A DNA stretch of 64,000 nucleotides from Phycisphaerae bacterium (GCA_963675745.2 CAXXWX010000019.1:32001-96000), one strand, 5' to 3'; positions 1-12,885 are shown, numbered from the stretch's first letter. The notes: generated by a model not told the origin, from the sequence alone. Program-made: numbers and translations.

Positions 1-831
1 CGATGGCCCCCACGAGTTGCTCTTGATGTCGTTGAGATCGTTGCGGTACTCAAACGCGGATGCAGTTTGCGTAGTCGACCCGTAAATCTGTCCGGAGATC
101 TCGGCACCATACGCCAGCCCGACCCCACCCAGGCCATTGTTGGCAACGGCGCCAACGACACCGGCGCACGAGGTGGCGTGACTGGTCGTATAGCCGCCCG
201 GCTGCGTGGCGTCGACCGAGAAGTTGCCGGCCAGGTCCGGGTGGTCGTATTGCCAGCCACCCTCGACTATGCCGACGATCACGCCGCTACCCGTGTAACC
301 CAGGTCCCATGCGGGCTCCGCGTTTACGTCCGCGATCGGGAGCAGCGTGTTATTCAGGTGCCACTGGTTTGTGTAATGTGGGTCGGTTGGCGCGCGTAGC
401 ACCTTGGGCGCCGAGATGTCAACGTATGCTTCACGCACGTTCGGGTTGTCAGCCAGCGCCTCCGCCAGCAGAAGCGCATCGGCAACGCTGTCCGAGGTGA
501 TCACGTAATAGCCCGGAATCCCCTTGAGTGGACGGAATCCGCTGGTGGCACGGACGCCCTTCGGCAACGTGATGACCGACGGATCAGGCAACTGAACAAC
601 CACACGATTCAGCACTTCGTAACCATGGATCGGCCCCAGATTGCGGCCGTGCTTATCGACGCGCTCGGCGGCGTCAAGCGTGGCGGCGCTCCTGGCGGCA
701 TGCGGATTATCCAGCAGGAACACGCGCGCTCCGCGCGACGTTTTCACCGCCGCGGGCGTTCGGTCCGCCATGCCGGCGAAGACCACCATCGGAGTTGCCA
801 GAATCAACGCCAGTGCCAAGCCGCTACGCAT
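1..831 (-). CDS. Secreted S8 subtilase, kexin/furin-like (N-terminal part; runs off window start)
   Basis: Not in the ORF track; translated by hand. ATG at 831 follows AAAGGAG. Signal peptide MRSGLALALILATPMVVFAG, a propeptide, then PTDPHYTNQWHL, AWDLGYTGSGVIVGIVEGG, HPDL, HATSCAGVV, GVGLAYGA and DIKSNSWGP. Frame is open to position 1. Confidence 0.88.
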   Translation of the reverse strand, partial: MRSGLALALILATPMVVFAGMADRTPAAVKTSRGARVFLLDNPHAARSAATLDAAERVDKHGRNLGPIHGYEVLNRVVVQLPDPSVITLPKGVRATSGFRPLKGIPGYYVITSDSVADALLLAEALADNPNVREAYVDISAPKVLRAPTDPHYTNQWHLNNTLLPIADVNAEPAWDLGYTGSGVIVGIVEGGWQYDHPDLAGNFSVDATQPGGYTTSHATSCAGVVGAVANNGLGGVGLAYGAEISGQIYGSTTQTASAFEYRNDLNDIKSNSWGPS

Positions 832-1236
832 CTGCAATACTCCTTTGATACTTGAAGGCCGGCCACACGATTACATCGATGGAACTGCGACGGGGAGCCA
901 TCTTCAGCTCCCCTACAATATTAGCCCGCCCGGACGGGCAAAAGCAGGAAAAATAGAGGATTGCACTACATAAGTGCCCGCATAATAGCCCGATGCGATC
1001 CGATAAGGCCGGCGTTCCGATGCGTGCGGTGCGGCCGACCCGGACCTGCGTCTGAGGTCCGGATTACGCGTCACCGCCGGGATCAAGCAGTGGCCCCATA
1101 GCCCGCCTCATTGACCGGCTGTCATTGCGACACGGGCGCTAACAGGGTATCTTTATCGGCTTGTTGAATAACGATGGCGACGCGCTCCCCGCTGGCGAGC
1201 GTGACCTCCGGTGTCTTGCAAGCAGGAGACGATGAC

Positions 1237-2013
1237 ATGCGACGGGGAATCATAGTCGGTTTGGTGTTAATCACGGCTACGTTGCCGGCTCTTGGCCAGA
1301 TGCGCCGGGCGCCGCGACGCCCGGAAGGTCAGCAGTACAAGGCGCAGAAGCTCCAGGGCGAGGAGGAGCTGCGCTACATCGCCGGTACGCTGGCACTGGA
1401 CGAAAAACAGCAGCAACACGTCGAGGGCCTGATAGAGGAGTATGTGGCCTTCACAACCGCCCCGGCCGGTGAAGGCACGATGTCGCATATTGCCGACCTG
1501 CTCACGCAACTCGCCGAGGCGCGCAAGGCCGGTGACAAGGAGAAGGAAAAGCAGATCCAGCAACAGCTCGAGGACGCCCGGCCAGGCAAGAAGGCGCGAA
1601 CCGACTTCCTCGAGGGTCTGCGGCAGATCCTCAACGACCAGCAAAAGGCCAGTCTCGAAGTCACTCTGAAATTCCTGGAAACCAACCCGTCGGGCAAGGT
1701 CCGCCCGCTCGACGTTTACCTGATTGCGATCGACCTCAAGCTGTCGCCGGAGCAGAAGAAGGCTCTCGACGGCGTCCATCGCGACTTCCGCAAACGGGTC
1801 GAGTCGATCCCGGATAAGTCCACCGTTCCGGACATGGTCGGCGACGGGTTCATCCTCGCTGTGCATGATGTGCTGAACAAGCAGCAGCAGGGCGATTTCG
1901 TAAAGCGGCTGGCGGCCCTGGTGCCCAATTTCAAGATGCCGGAACCGAAGGCCGAAACGGCCAAGCCGGCCGTCGCCCCCGCCCCCGCCCCCGGTGGCAC
2001 GGAGAAACCCTGA
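1237..2013 (+). CDS. Exported helical protein, Spy/CpxP (LTXXQ)-like
   Basis: ATG at 1237 after AGGAG. Signal peptide MRRGIIVGLVLITATLPALG. Four LTXXQ-like motifs (LDEKQ, LNDQQ, LSPEQ, LNKQQ) and a Pro/Ala tail. Confidence 0.6.
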   Translation: MRRGIIVGLVLITATLPALGQMRRAPRRPEGQQYKAQKLQGEEELRYIAGTLALDEKQQQHVEGLIEEYVAFTTAPAGEGTMSHIADLLTQLAEARKAGDKEKEKQIQQQLEDARPGKKARTDFLEGLRQILNDQQKASLEVTLKFLETNPSGKVRPLDVYLIAIDLKLSPEQKKALDGVHRDFRKRVESIPDKSTVPDMVGDGFILAVHDVLNKQQQGDFVKRLAALVPNFKMPEPKAETAKPAVAPAPAPGGTEKP

Positions 2014-2073
2014 CGCACAACCGGACACGCCGGCGCGCATCGTGCCGCGCTGACATTCTCCGTTAAATACACA

Positions 2074-2102
2074 GCGGCGTGACACGTCCCGTGTCACGCC
2101 GC
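2074..2102. terminator. 13-bp perfect hairpin between convergent genes (terminator-like or REP-like)
   Basis: GCGGCGTGACACG-TCC-CGTGTCACGCCGC; no U-tract. Confidence 0.5.
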
Positions 2103-2181
2103 CGTCTTAGGCTCCCCCGCGTGGTAGCTATCCGCGCGGATTGCCTGCCGCCATGCGGCAGTCTCGGTCGCCCGGCGATAT

Positions 2182-2529
2182 TCAGGTGTCCACGAAGCGG
2201 TCCCTCAACTCCTGCCAGGCCTGGCAGTTCTCATGATCACCACAGCACAAATCGCGAATCTCTTCGAAGTAGATTTCCGGCGTCAGATTGATGTCCTTCC
2301 GTAACGGGCACTTCAGCGCGATGCGCGGCTTGGTTGTGCCCGAGCCGGTAAGGAGTGAGCGGATATATACCTGGTTGCGTCCCGCCGGACACTTCATCTC
2401 ATCGTTCAGACGGTTCTCCAGTACCGTCAAGTTAGTCGTCAACTCTTCCTCGGTCAGTGGCGGGCCAAACGCCTGCCCGACGCGGCCTGACCGGCTTCGA
2501 TATTGACGCAGAGCGTCTCTCATCGTCAT
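2182..2529 (-). CDS. Small hypothetical protein with Cys-rich C-terminal half
   Basis: GGAG upstream of ATG 2529; protein-like composition; CPAG, CPLR and CCGDHENC. Confidence 0.7.
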   Translation of the reverse strand: MTMRDALRQYRSRSGRVGQAFGPPLTEEELTTNLTVLENRLNDEMKCPAGRNQVYIRSLLTGSGTTKPRIALKCPLRKDINLTPEIYFEEIRDLCCGDHENCQAWQELRDRFVDT

Positions 2530-2890
2530 CGCGTACTCCACGAAACTGTGCTTACCGTGCCACCAAGAATGTGCATCGGCAACGTGCCCTCAGAGTGCTT
2601 AGTACGGGCGCCTGGCTCAAATTGCCGTGTTAAAACGCGATTTTCCGCTGCACGCCGCGAAAAAGCGATGTCCGCGGGTTGCCGGAGGGCGCAGACCAAC
2701 TTGGCGCACCCGCTCCAACCGGCACCACCAATAGTGTACTTTGTCGTGGTGTATCAGGAGTGGCTGGAATTGGATGAATTCAAGACGAGAACGGGTATCA
2801 AATGAGTTCGGGGATAATCACACTCCACACCTTTTGCCACGCCCCATCATAGCGGCCACCAAGTGTCGTAGCGCGGCTGGCGCGAGTGGT

Positions 2891-3877
2891 TTATCGGTCG
2901 CCGTAGCCGTCCGGATGGGCGGTATGCCAGTGCCAGGCGGTGCTGATTACGTCCTTGATATTCCGATAACGTGGCTCCCAGCCCAGCGCCTCGCCGATCT
3001 TGCTCGCGTTCGCATATAACGCCGGCGGGTCGCCCGGTCGCCGGGGGCTGAGCTCGACGGGGATCTCGTGCCCCGTTATCTCGCGCGCCGCGCTGATGAT
3101 CTCCTGCACGCTTTGTCCCTGCCCGGTGCCCACGTTGTACGCCTCGGCCTGTCCTTCCTTCAACGCTTCCAGCGCGCGCAGGTGCGCTTCGGCCAGGTCG
3201 TCAACGTGGATGTAATCCCGCACGCAGGTTCCGTCGGGCGTGGGGTAATCCGTCCCGAAGATGGCGATTTTCTGGCGTTGCCCAAGGGCCACTTCCAGCA
3301 CGACCGGGATCAGGTGGAGGGTGGGCCGATAATCCTGCCCGATTGAACCGTCGCCGGCCGCGCCCGAGGCGTTGAAGTAGCGCAGCGCCGTCGAACCAAG
3401 CCCCCACGCCGACGCCGAGGCGCGCAGCGCCCACTCCATCACCAGTTTGGTCTCGCCATAGGGGTTGATCGGCGCCTTGGGCAGATCTTCGGTGATCGGC
3501 AATTCCGCGGGCACGCCGTAGACGGCACAACTGCTGCTGAACACCAGTTTGCGGACACCCTTGTCACGCATTTGCTCCAGCAGGCCGATCGTGTTGGCGA
3601 CGTTGTTGCGGTAGTACATCAGCGGCTCATCCACCGACTCGCCGACATTCAGCGCGGCGGCGAAGTGCATGACCGCGTCGAACCCACCGCCGAGCAATTC
3701 GCCGATGCGCCCCGTGTCGGCCAGATCACCTTCAACAAGCGTGGCTTGGGGATCGACGGCGGCGCGATGTCCGGTGCTGAGGTTGTCAAACACGGTGACC
3801 GCATGTCCGCCGGCGACCAGCCGCTTGACGCAGTGGCTGCCAACGTATCCCGCTCCGCCAGTAACAAAGACCTTCAT
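2891..3877 (-). CDS. galE: UDP-glucose 4-epimerase
   Basis: VTGGAGYVGSH, HFAA, FSSS, YGETK (YxxxK), LRYFN, DGTCVRDYIHV. Confidence 0.96.
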   Translation of the reverse strand: MKVFVTGGAGYVGSHCVKRLVAGGHAVTVFDNLSTGHRAAVDPQATLVEGDLADTGRIGELLGGGFDAVMHFAAALNVGESVDEPLMYYRNNVANTIGLLEQMRDKGVRKLVFSSSCAVYGVPAELPITEDLPKAPINPYGETKLVMEWALRASASAWGLGSTALRYFNASGAAGDGSIGQDYRPTLHLIPVVLEVALGQRQKIAIFGTDYPTPDGTCVRDYIHVDDLAEAHLRALEALKEGQAEAYNVGTGQGQSVQEIISAAREITGHEIPVELSPRRPGDPPALYANASKIGEALGWEPRYRNIKDVISTAWHWHTAHPDGYGDR

Positions 3878-4048
3878 CTGCCGCTACTCCGCTGACACAA
3901 TGATCGAGGTGTGGCGAGTCACACCCGCCAGCCGTCCGCGGCATATTAACGCAGCGGACCACCGGCCGCACCTGTTATCCGTTTGACCAAGTCACGACGG
4001 TGGGTGAATTGTCTTCACGTCGTGCCGCTGGTCGGATACATTCGCGGC

Positions 4049-6766
<2,718 letters not shown>

Positions 6767-6892
6767 GCAAGCGGTTCCCGCCGAGCTTTGCCCATGGTGC
6801 TCGTGCCCGTAGACGGCGCTACACCTGCGATCACACCTGGACCGATAGTAATAGTTGGTCTCGTTACACCCTCAACACGGGAAGGAGCCGCT

Positions 6893-7555
6893 ATGCGCGC
6901 CGTCGGGATCGTGCAAGCCCGAGGTGGCTCGAAACGACTGCCGAACAAGAACATCCGCCTGCTCGACGGTAAGCCGATGGTTTTGTACTCCTGCGAAGCC
7001 GCCACTTCGAGCGGCGTTCTGGAGGCGGTCTACGTCAACACCGATTCGCCCGAGATCGCGCTCGTCGCGCGTCGCGCGGGTGTCGAGTGTCCGGCCTTGC
7101 GACCGGCGCAGCTTGCCACCGATGATGCCAGTTCCGAAGACGCCAACCGCTGGCTGCTCGGGTTTCTGGCCGAGCGCGGTGAGCGCTTTGACGCGCTCGC
7201 GGTGCTCCAGGCGACCTCGCCGTTGCGGACAGCCCAAGACATCCGCGATGCCATGAGTGTGTTCGAGGACAACGCGCCCTGCGCTCTTAAATCCGTCTGC
7301 CCGACCAAACCGGCCCGCTGGCATGGCCTGCTTGGGCGCGGCGGCGTTTGGGAGCCGATCGCGGGCGACGAGACGCTGTTTCGGTTGAACGGCGCTATTT
7401 ACATCCACACGTACGGCGACTACATGGACGGCCGCGCGCCGCGGAAGACCGTGGCGTTTCCGATGCCGGCCGGCCGTAGCGTGGACGTCGATACGCTCGA
7501 TGACTTTCGTCACGCGGAATTCCTGATGTCGCACCAACAGGCAATCGCGGTTTAG
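6893..7555 (+). CDS. Acylneuraminate (nonulosonate) cytidylyltransferase, NeuA/LegF family
   Basis: ARGGSKRLPNKN, LQATSPLR, NGAIY, SVDVDT. AAGGAG precedes ATG 6893. Confidence 0.93.
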   Translation: MRAVGIVQARGGSKRLPNKNIRLLDGKPMVLYSCEAATSSGVLEAVYVNTDSPEIALVARRAGVECPALRPAQLATDDASSEDANRWLLGFLAERGERFDALAVLQATSPLRTAQDIRDAMSVFEDNAPCALKSVCPTKPARWHGLLGRGGVWEPIAGDETLFRLNGAIYIHTYGDYMDGRAPRKTVAFPMPAGRSVDVDTLDDFRHAEFLMSHQQAIAV

Positions 7556-7634
7556 AGGCTTGGCCTTACAGTGTCGCGGCCGACACCCGAGTCGGCCGTG
7601 GAATCGTTGCCGCCTTGATCGGATCTTCAGACAA

Positions 7635-8714
7635 ATGGATGGCATGCCGCAGCCCGACACAGACAGATTCCCCGTTGTCCACGTAAACGGCCGCGCCATC
7701 GGTGCCGGACAGACCTGCTACGTGATCGCCGAAGCCGGCGTGAACCACGACGGAGACATTGACAGCGCCCTGGCACTGGTCGACGCGGCCGTGGCGACCG
7801 GCGCCGATGCGGTCAAGTTTCAGGCTTTTGATGCCCAGACGCTTGCGGCGGCGGCGGCTCCGGCTGCGGAGTATCAGCGGCAATCCGCCGGGCGGGACCA
7901 GCGCGGCATGCTCGCGGCGCTGGAGCTGGATGACAGCGCATTTGCAGCCATTCGCGCTCGCTGTCTTGGCCGGGGCATCGAGTTTCTCGCAACGCCCTTC
8001 AGCGTGCCTGATGTGGCGCGACTGATGTCCGTGGGCGTGTGCGCGATGAAAATCGCCTCAACCGATCTGAACAATCTGCCGCTGCTGCGCGAAGTGGTCG
8101 CCACCCGGCTGCCGCTGATAGTCTCGACCGGCGCCGCCACGCGCGATGAGATTCTCACAAACGTACAGCGGCTGCAATCGCTCGGCGCGCGTGAGCGTCT
8201 GGTCGTGATGCACTGCGTGAGCAGCTATCCTACGCCGCTGGATCACGCCAACCTGCGAGCGATCGGAACTTTGCGCCGCGCATTCAACATCCCGATCGGA
8301 TTCAGCGACCACACCACCTCGCTGCAAACGGGGGGTTGGGCGGTGGCGGCCGGCGCCTGTGTAATTGAAAAGCACCTGACGCTCGACTGTGCCGCCGCCG
8401 GGCCGGATCACGCCATGTCACTCGAGCCGGCCCAATTCAGCGAATATGTGACCGGCATCCGTCTGGCGGAAACGGCCCTGGGAGACGGGGGCCTCGGCAT
8501 GAGTGAGATTGAGCGCAACGTGCGGGCCGTGGCACGCAAGAGTGTTGTCACGGCGGTCGATGTGAACGCCGGCACGCCGCTAATGGCCACCATGCTCACG
8601 ACGAAGCGTCCGGCGGGAGGCATCGAACCGGACCGCGTGGATGAGCTGCTTGGCCGGATGCTCAACCGCGATGCCGCCGCTGACACGGTGCTCACTTGGG
8701 ATATGGTCGAATGA
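7635..8714 (+). CDS. N-acetylneuraminate synthase family protein (NeuB/LegI) with C-terminal SAF domain
   Basis: IAEAGVNHDGD, DAVKFQ, KIAS, STG, HCVSSYP, GFSDHT, IEKHLTLD, GPDH, KRPAGGI. Start 7635 or 7644. Confidence 0.94.
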   Translation: MDGMPQPDTDRFPVVHVNGRAIGAGQTCYVIAEAGVNHDGDIDSALALVDAAVATGADAVKFQAFDAQTLAAAAAPAAEYQRQSAGRDQRGMLAALELDDSAFAAIRARCLGRGIEFLATPFSVPDVARLMSVGVCAMKIASTDLNNLPLLREVVATRLPLIVSTGAATRDEILTNVQRLQSLGARERLVVMHCVSSYPTPLDHANLRAIGTLRRAFNIPIGFSDHTTSLQTGGWAVAAGACVIEKHLTLDCAAAGPDHAMSLEPAQFSEYVTGIRLAETALGDGGLGMSEIERNVRAVARKSVVTAVDVNAGTPLMATMLTTKRPAGGIEPDRVDELLGRMLNRDAAADTVLTWDMVE

Positions 8715-9865
8715 CAGCGGCGCTCAGCTCGCGACAACGCAAGCGCGTGGCCGTTGTCACCGGGACTCGCGCCGAATACGGTTTGCTCCGCTCCGTCATG
8801 ACAGCGCTTTGCGCGCAGCCCCGGATCGAGATGCAGCTTGTCGCGACCGGCATGCACCTGCTGCGAAAGTTCGGCCATACGGTCGACGACATCAAACGCG
8901 ACGGCTGGCACATCGACGCGCGCGTGCGCATGCAGGCCGGTGACGACTCCGCTATCGACCAGGCGGAGGGCCTGGCGCGCGGCGTGCGCGGGATGGCGCG
9001 CTTTTTCCAGTCGGCGGACACCGACATTGTCGTGGTCCTCGGCGATCGCATCGAAGCCATGGCGGGAGCACTCGCCGCCGTCACAACCGGTCGCGTCGTC
9101 GCGCATATCCACGGCGGCGATGTGGCGACCGGTGACTTTGATGACGCGCTACGCCATGCGATTACCAAGCTGGCGCACCTGCACTTCACGGCCACACGCG
9201 ATTCAACCCGCCGCGTGATCCGCCTGGGCGAAGCGCGGTCGCGTGTTTTTCAAGTCGGGGCTCCGGGCCTCGATCGAATGCGTGAGTTGCTCAACGGACA
9301 TCGCCGGAGAAAGCGGCGCTCGCATCTGGCGATCGTGGCCCAACACGCCTTTGGGCGCCCGGCCAAGACCGAAGAGCGGGCCGCAACCCAGGTGCTGCGG
9401 GCGGTCGGCGACGCGGGCCTGCGCCGTCTCATTCTGTGTCCGAACAGCGATCGCGGACATACGGGTGTGCTGCGTGCCATCGAGCGCCACAAGCGCGCCG
9501 CCAACCCGGGTGATGTCAGAGTGGTCACATCGCTGCCGCGCGATGACTTTCTGCGCGAGCTGCTGTCGGCGGACGTGCTTGTGGGCAACTCCTCCGCCGG
9601 CATCATCGAGGCGCCCTTTGCCGGCACGCCGTCCATAAATGTCGGCCCGCGCCAGGCCGGACGCCAACCGGGGGGGAAATCCGTGCTTCAGGCGGCCGAG
9701 TCGTATGCCAGTGTGCGCCAAGCGCTAGCGCTGGCGCTGAATCGCCGACGCACCCGGGGCAGGCGCGGCGTCTATGGCGATGGGACGGCCGGCCCGCGCA
9801 TCGCGCAGATCCTCGCTGACACGCGGCTCACTCGCGCGTTGGCTCAGAAGAGGATTACGTATTGA
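8711..9865 (+). CDS. neuC: NDP-N-acetylglucosamine 2-epimerase (hydrolysing), NeuC/LegG family
   Basis: VTGTRAEYG, GMHL, LGDRIE, HIHGG, RHAITKLAHLHF, GNSSAGIIEA. ATGA overlap with the upstream gene. Confidence 0.92.
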   Translation: MTAALSSRQRKRVAVVTGTRAEYGLLRSVMTALCAQPRIEMQLVATGMHLLRKFGHTVDDIKRDGWHIDARVRMQAGDDSAIDQAEGLARGVRGMARFFQSADTDIVVVLGDRIEAMAGALAAVTTGRVVAHIHGGDVATGDFDDALRHAITKLAHLHFTATRDSTRRVIRLGEARSRVFQVGAPGLDRMRELLNGHRRRKRRSHLAIVAQHAFGRPAKTEERAATQVLRAVGDAGLRRLILCPNSDRGHTGVLRAIERHKRAANPGDVRVVTSLPRDDFLRELLSADVLVGNSSAGIIEAPFAGTPSINVGPRQAGRQPGGKSVLQAAESYASVRQALALALNRRRTRGRRGVYGDGTAGPRIAQILADTRLTRALAQKRITY

Positions 9866-9923
9866 TAACGTACCGCCGGCGCTGGGCGCGTTGCGGGCAT
9901 CATCGATTGGGGACGAGGATGGC

Positions 9924-11357
9924 TCAGACCGCGATGCCCTGGGCCAGCACCTGCTTGGCGATGCCGACCAGGTATACCGATCCGGTCACGCAGACCAGAT
10001 CGTCGCGCGTGACGCAATTAGTGGCGATCCGGTAGGCCTCTTCCAGCGTGGGGGCGACCTGCGCCATTTTCTGCGTCTTTTCCTGGAAACGCGCCAGCAG
10101 ATCATTGGGGTCCGCCGAGCGCGGGTTGCCGATGCTCGTGAAGATCACCTTGTCGGCACCCAGACGCAACTGGTTCAGCATGCCGTCGATGTCCTTGTCG
10201 GCCGAGCAGCCGAATATCACGACCATCGAGTCGTAATTGAAGCTCTGGCCGATCGCGCGCATCAACGCCACAATGCTGGCGCCGTTGTGGGCGGCATCGA
10301 CGACCGTGAGGGGCTGCTCGCGAATGCTCTCGAGCCGGCCAAGCACGTTTACATTTGCGAGTCCGTCAATCGAATCCTGGATGCTGATGTCCAGGCCCGA
10401 TTCCCGCAGTGCATCCACAATCCCCAGAGCCACGCCGCAGTTATGCGCCTGGTGCTCACCCAGCAATGGAACCGGCAAATGGTCGAAGCGGGTGGTTCTG
10501 GTCGCCATGCACACGCGGTTCTGGGGTCCCTGCGCGCGGGACGACTCGAAGCGATAGCTGAACTCGATGTCATCGCCGATTATCCGCAGAGGGGCACCCA
10601 CACGCTCGGCCTCGGCACGCAGCACGCGCTTGACCGCCAACAATTGTGGTGCGCTGATCGCCGGCACTCCTGGCTTGAAGATGCCGGCCTTCTCCGCGGC
10701 GATGCGTTCGAGGCTCGACCCGAGCTGGGCCATGTGGTCGTAACTGATGCTCGTGATTCCACAAGCCAGCGGCTTGACGACGTTTGTCGAGTCGAGTCGG
10801 CCGCCGAGACCGGTCTCGAGCACGACGATGTCCACCTTCTGCTTCACAAAATACAGGAATGCAATCGCCGTGAGGATGTCGAAGTAGGTTGGTCCGTGTT
10901 TATCAAGACGGCGGACAATTGGTGCGAGTTTGGCGACGAGCTTGGTGAAGTCAGACTCGCTGATCATCTGCCCGTCGATCGCGATGCGCTCACGGATGTC
11001 GACAAAGTGTGGCGACGTGTAGAGCCCAACACGCAGACCCGACTGCTGCAGCATCGAGGCGACCATGCTGCATGTGGAGCCCTTACCCTTGGTGCCGGCC
11101 ACGTGGATGGCGCGCACCGCCTTATGGGGGTTGCCGATCTCGCCCAGAAGCCGTAACATCCTGGAGATGTTAAAGTTAGCGTGATTATAGGTCGGCCGCA
11201 GCATGCGTTCATAGTTGGTACGGCTGTTGAGGAACTGCTGGGCGGCGTGAAAGGTGCGGATGGCCGTGGAGCGCGCAGTGGTCTTGGCTGGCTTTCGGGC
11301 GACAGTCGATTTCTTGCGACTACGTTTTGGAGCTTGCTTAGTTACGGGCTTCGCCAT
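9924..11357 (-). CDS. folC: Folylpolyglutamate/dihydrofolate synthase
   Basis: IHVAGTKGKGST, YTSPH, ETGLGGRLDSTN, EKAGI, DAAHN, TGSVYLVG. Lys/Arg-rich N-terminal extension. Confidence 0.96.
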   Translation of the reverse strand: MAKPVTKQAPKRSRKKSTVARKPAKTTARSTAIRTFHAAQQFLNSRTNYERMLRPTYNHANFNISRMLRLLGEIGNPHKAVRAIHVAGTKGKGSTCSMVASMLQQSGLRVGLYTSPHFVDIRERIAIDGQMISESDFTKLVAKLAPIVRRLDKHGPTYFDILTAIAFLYFVKQKVDIVVLETGLGGRLDSTNVVKPLACGITSISYDHMAQLGSSLERIAAEKAGIFKPGVPAISAPQLLAVKRVLRAEAERVGAPLRIIGDDIEFSYRFESSRAQGPQNRVCMATRTTRFDHLPVPLLGEHQAHNCGVALGIVDALRESGLDISIQDSIDGLANVNVLGRLESIREQPLTVVDAAHNGASIVALMRAIGQSFNYDSMVVIFGCSADKDIDGMLNQLRLGADKVIFTSIGNPRSADPNDLLARFQEKTQKMAQVAPTLEEAYRIATNCVTRDDLVCVTGSVYLVGIAKQVLAQGIAV

Positions 11358-11598
11358 GGCCGGATAATACCAGATTGTGTGAAAACCGTCAAGGCGACGC
11401 CGTGCGCACGACGTGTGCCGTAAGCGGTTGCGGGACAGCGGTTTATCGAAGGCCGCTCACAACGGGAGGCGACATTTCGGACATCATGTGGCGTAAATGG
11501 CCATTGCCGATTCAGGCCTGCCCAGGCGGATTCATTATTAGTACATTACGGGCTATAACGTCGCCGGGTGCGGTAAAATCCGATATTGTGAGGGATCA

Positions 11599-12684
11599 AT
11601 GCAGACTGTTCAGGTGCCGTTAGCGGGCCGTTCATACTCAATCAACATCGGACCGCGCATTAGAAACGAACTTGGCGCGGTTATCGGGCAACTGCAACGC
11701 GTCGCCAAGCTGGTAGTCATTGCCGACCGGCACGTCGCCGACCTTCACCTGCCGGCACTGATCGAGGCATTGCCGCTCGAGCCGGCCGTGCTCACTTTCG
11801 AGCCGGGTGAGGCCAGCAAGTCGCTTGCGAGGTTTGCTGACCTCGTCGATGGTCTCGCCCGGGCGCGACTCGAACGCGGGGATCTCGTGGTGGCCTTTGG
11901 AGGGGGAGTCGCGGGCGACCTCGCCGGGTTCGTCGCGGCCACCTGGCTCAGGGGAATTCGCTTCATTCAGATCCCCACAACGATCGAGGCCGCCGTCGAT
12001 GCGTCCGTGGGCGGCAAAACCGGGCTAAACCACGCCTCGGGCAAGAACCTCATCGGGGCTTTCCACCAGCCTTCCGCCGTCCTGATCGACACGGACTTCC
12101 TCGAAACCCTGGAGCAGCGTGATTTCATCGCCGGCCTCGGTGAGAGCATCAAACACGCGGTCATTCGCGATGCGGACTTCCTCGACTGGCACGAACGCCA
12201 GGCAGACGCGATCCTCACCCGAGACACGCGCGCCGTTACCGAGCTGATCGCCCGCAACTGCACGATCAAGGCCGACGTTGTCGCCCGCGATGAGCGCGAA
12301 CAGAACCTGCGCGCGATTCTCAATTACGGCCACACCATCGGGCATGCGATTGAGCTGCTGGCCGGGTACGAACTGCGGCACGGCGAGTGTGTGGCCCTGG
12401 GTATGCTGGCCGAGAATGAGCTGGCCTGCACTAGAAAACTGCTCAAACGCCCAGTCGCCGACCGTATCAGGCGGGTGCTGGAACATCTGGGATTGCCCGC
12501 GCACCTGCCCAAACCCCTGGATTGCGACGCTATCGTCGAAGCGTGCCACATGGACAAGAAGAATCGCGGCGGACACATCAACGCGATTGTGGTAAGTGAT
12601 CTGGGGAGGCCCACCCGCCTCTCAGACGTCGGCGACAATGAGATTCGTGACGCTATGACGGTCCTCGCCGGACCGCAGGCCTGA
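11599..12684 (+). CDS. aroB: 3-dehydroquinate synthase
   Basis: GEASK, GGGVAGDLAGF, DASVGGKTG, KNLIGAF, LNYGHTIGHAIE, HGE, DKK. Confidence 0.97.
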   Translation: MQTVQVPLAGRSYSINIGPRIRNELGAVIGQLQRVAKLVVIADRHVADLHLPALIEALPLEPAVLTFEPGEASKSLARFADLVDGLARARLERGDLVVAFGGGVAGDLAGFVAATWLRGIRFIQIPTTIEAAVDASVGGKTGLNHASGKNLIGAFHQPSAVLIDTDFLETLEQRDFIAGLGESIKHAVIRDADFLDWHERQADAILTRDTRAVTELIARNCTIKADVVARDEREQNLRAILNYGHTIGHAIELLAGYELRHGECVALGMLAENELACTRKLLKRPVADRIRRVLEHLGLPAHLPKPLDCDAIVEACHMDKKNRGGHINAIVVSDLGRPTRLSDVGDNEIRDAMTVLAGPQA

Positions 12685-12885
12685 TTCTCGGCCCGTTAGC
12701 ACCGCTATTCGCCCGAGGTGCCGCCGGCCGTAAGTACGCGGCGTCAATCGGTCGATAGTTGTGGTCAGAGTAGCGGCGCATTGACTCGCATTATCGGTAC
12801 TCGTAGCATTCGTTGTACGCCCGCAAGCGGTATGCGCGCCGCCTGCGGTTGCCCCGTCGAGCCACACCGGCCATGGAGTGCTGTG

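Noticed and set aside
67..973. Short plus-strand ORFs in the track at the window start
   Set aside because: They are antisense to the subtilase gene on the minus strand.
9774..11156. Long antisense ORFs (also 24162-25514, 59270-60646, 15461-16576)
   Set aside because: Shadow frames opposite well-supported genes, as expected in high-GC DNA; no recognisable motifs.
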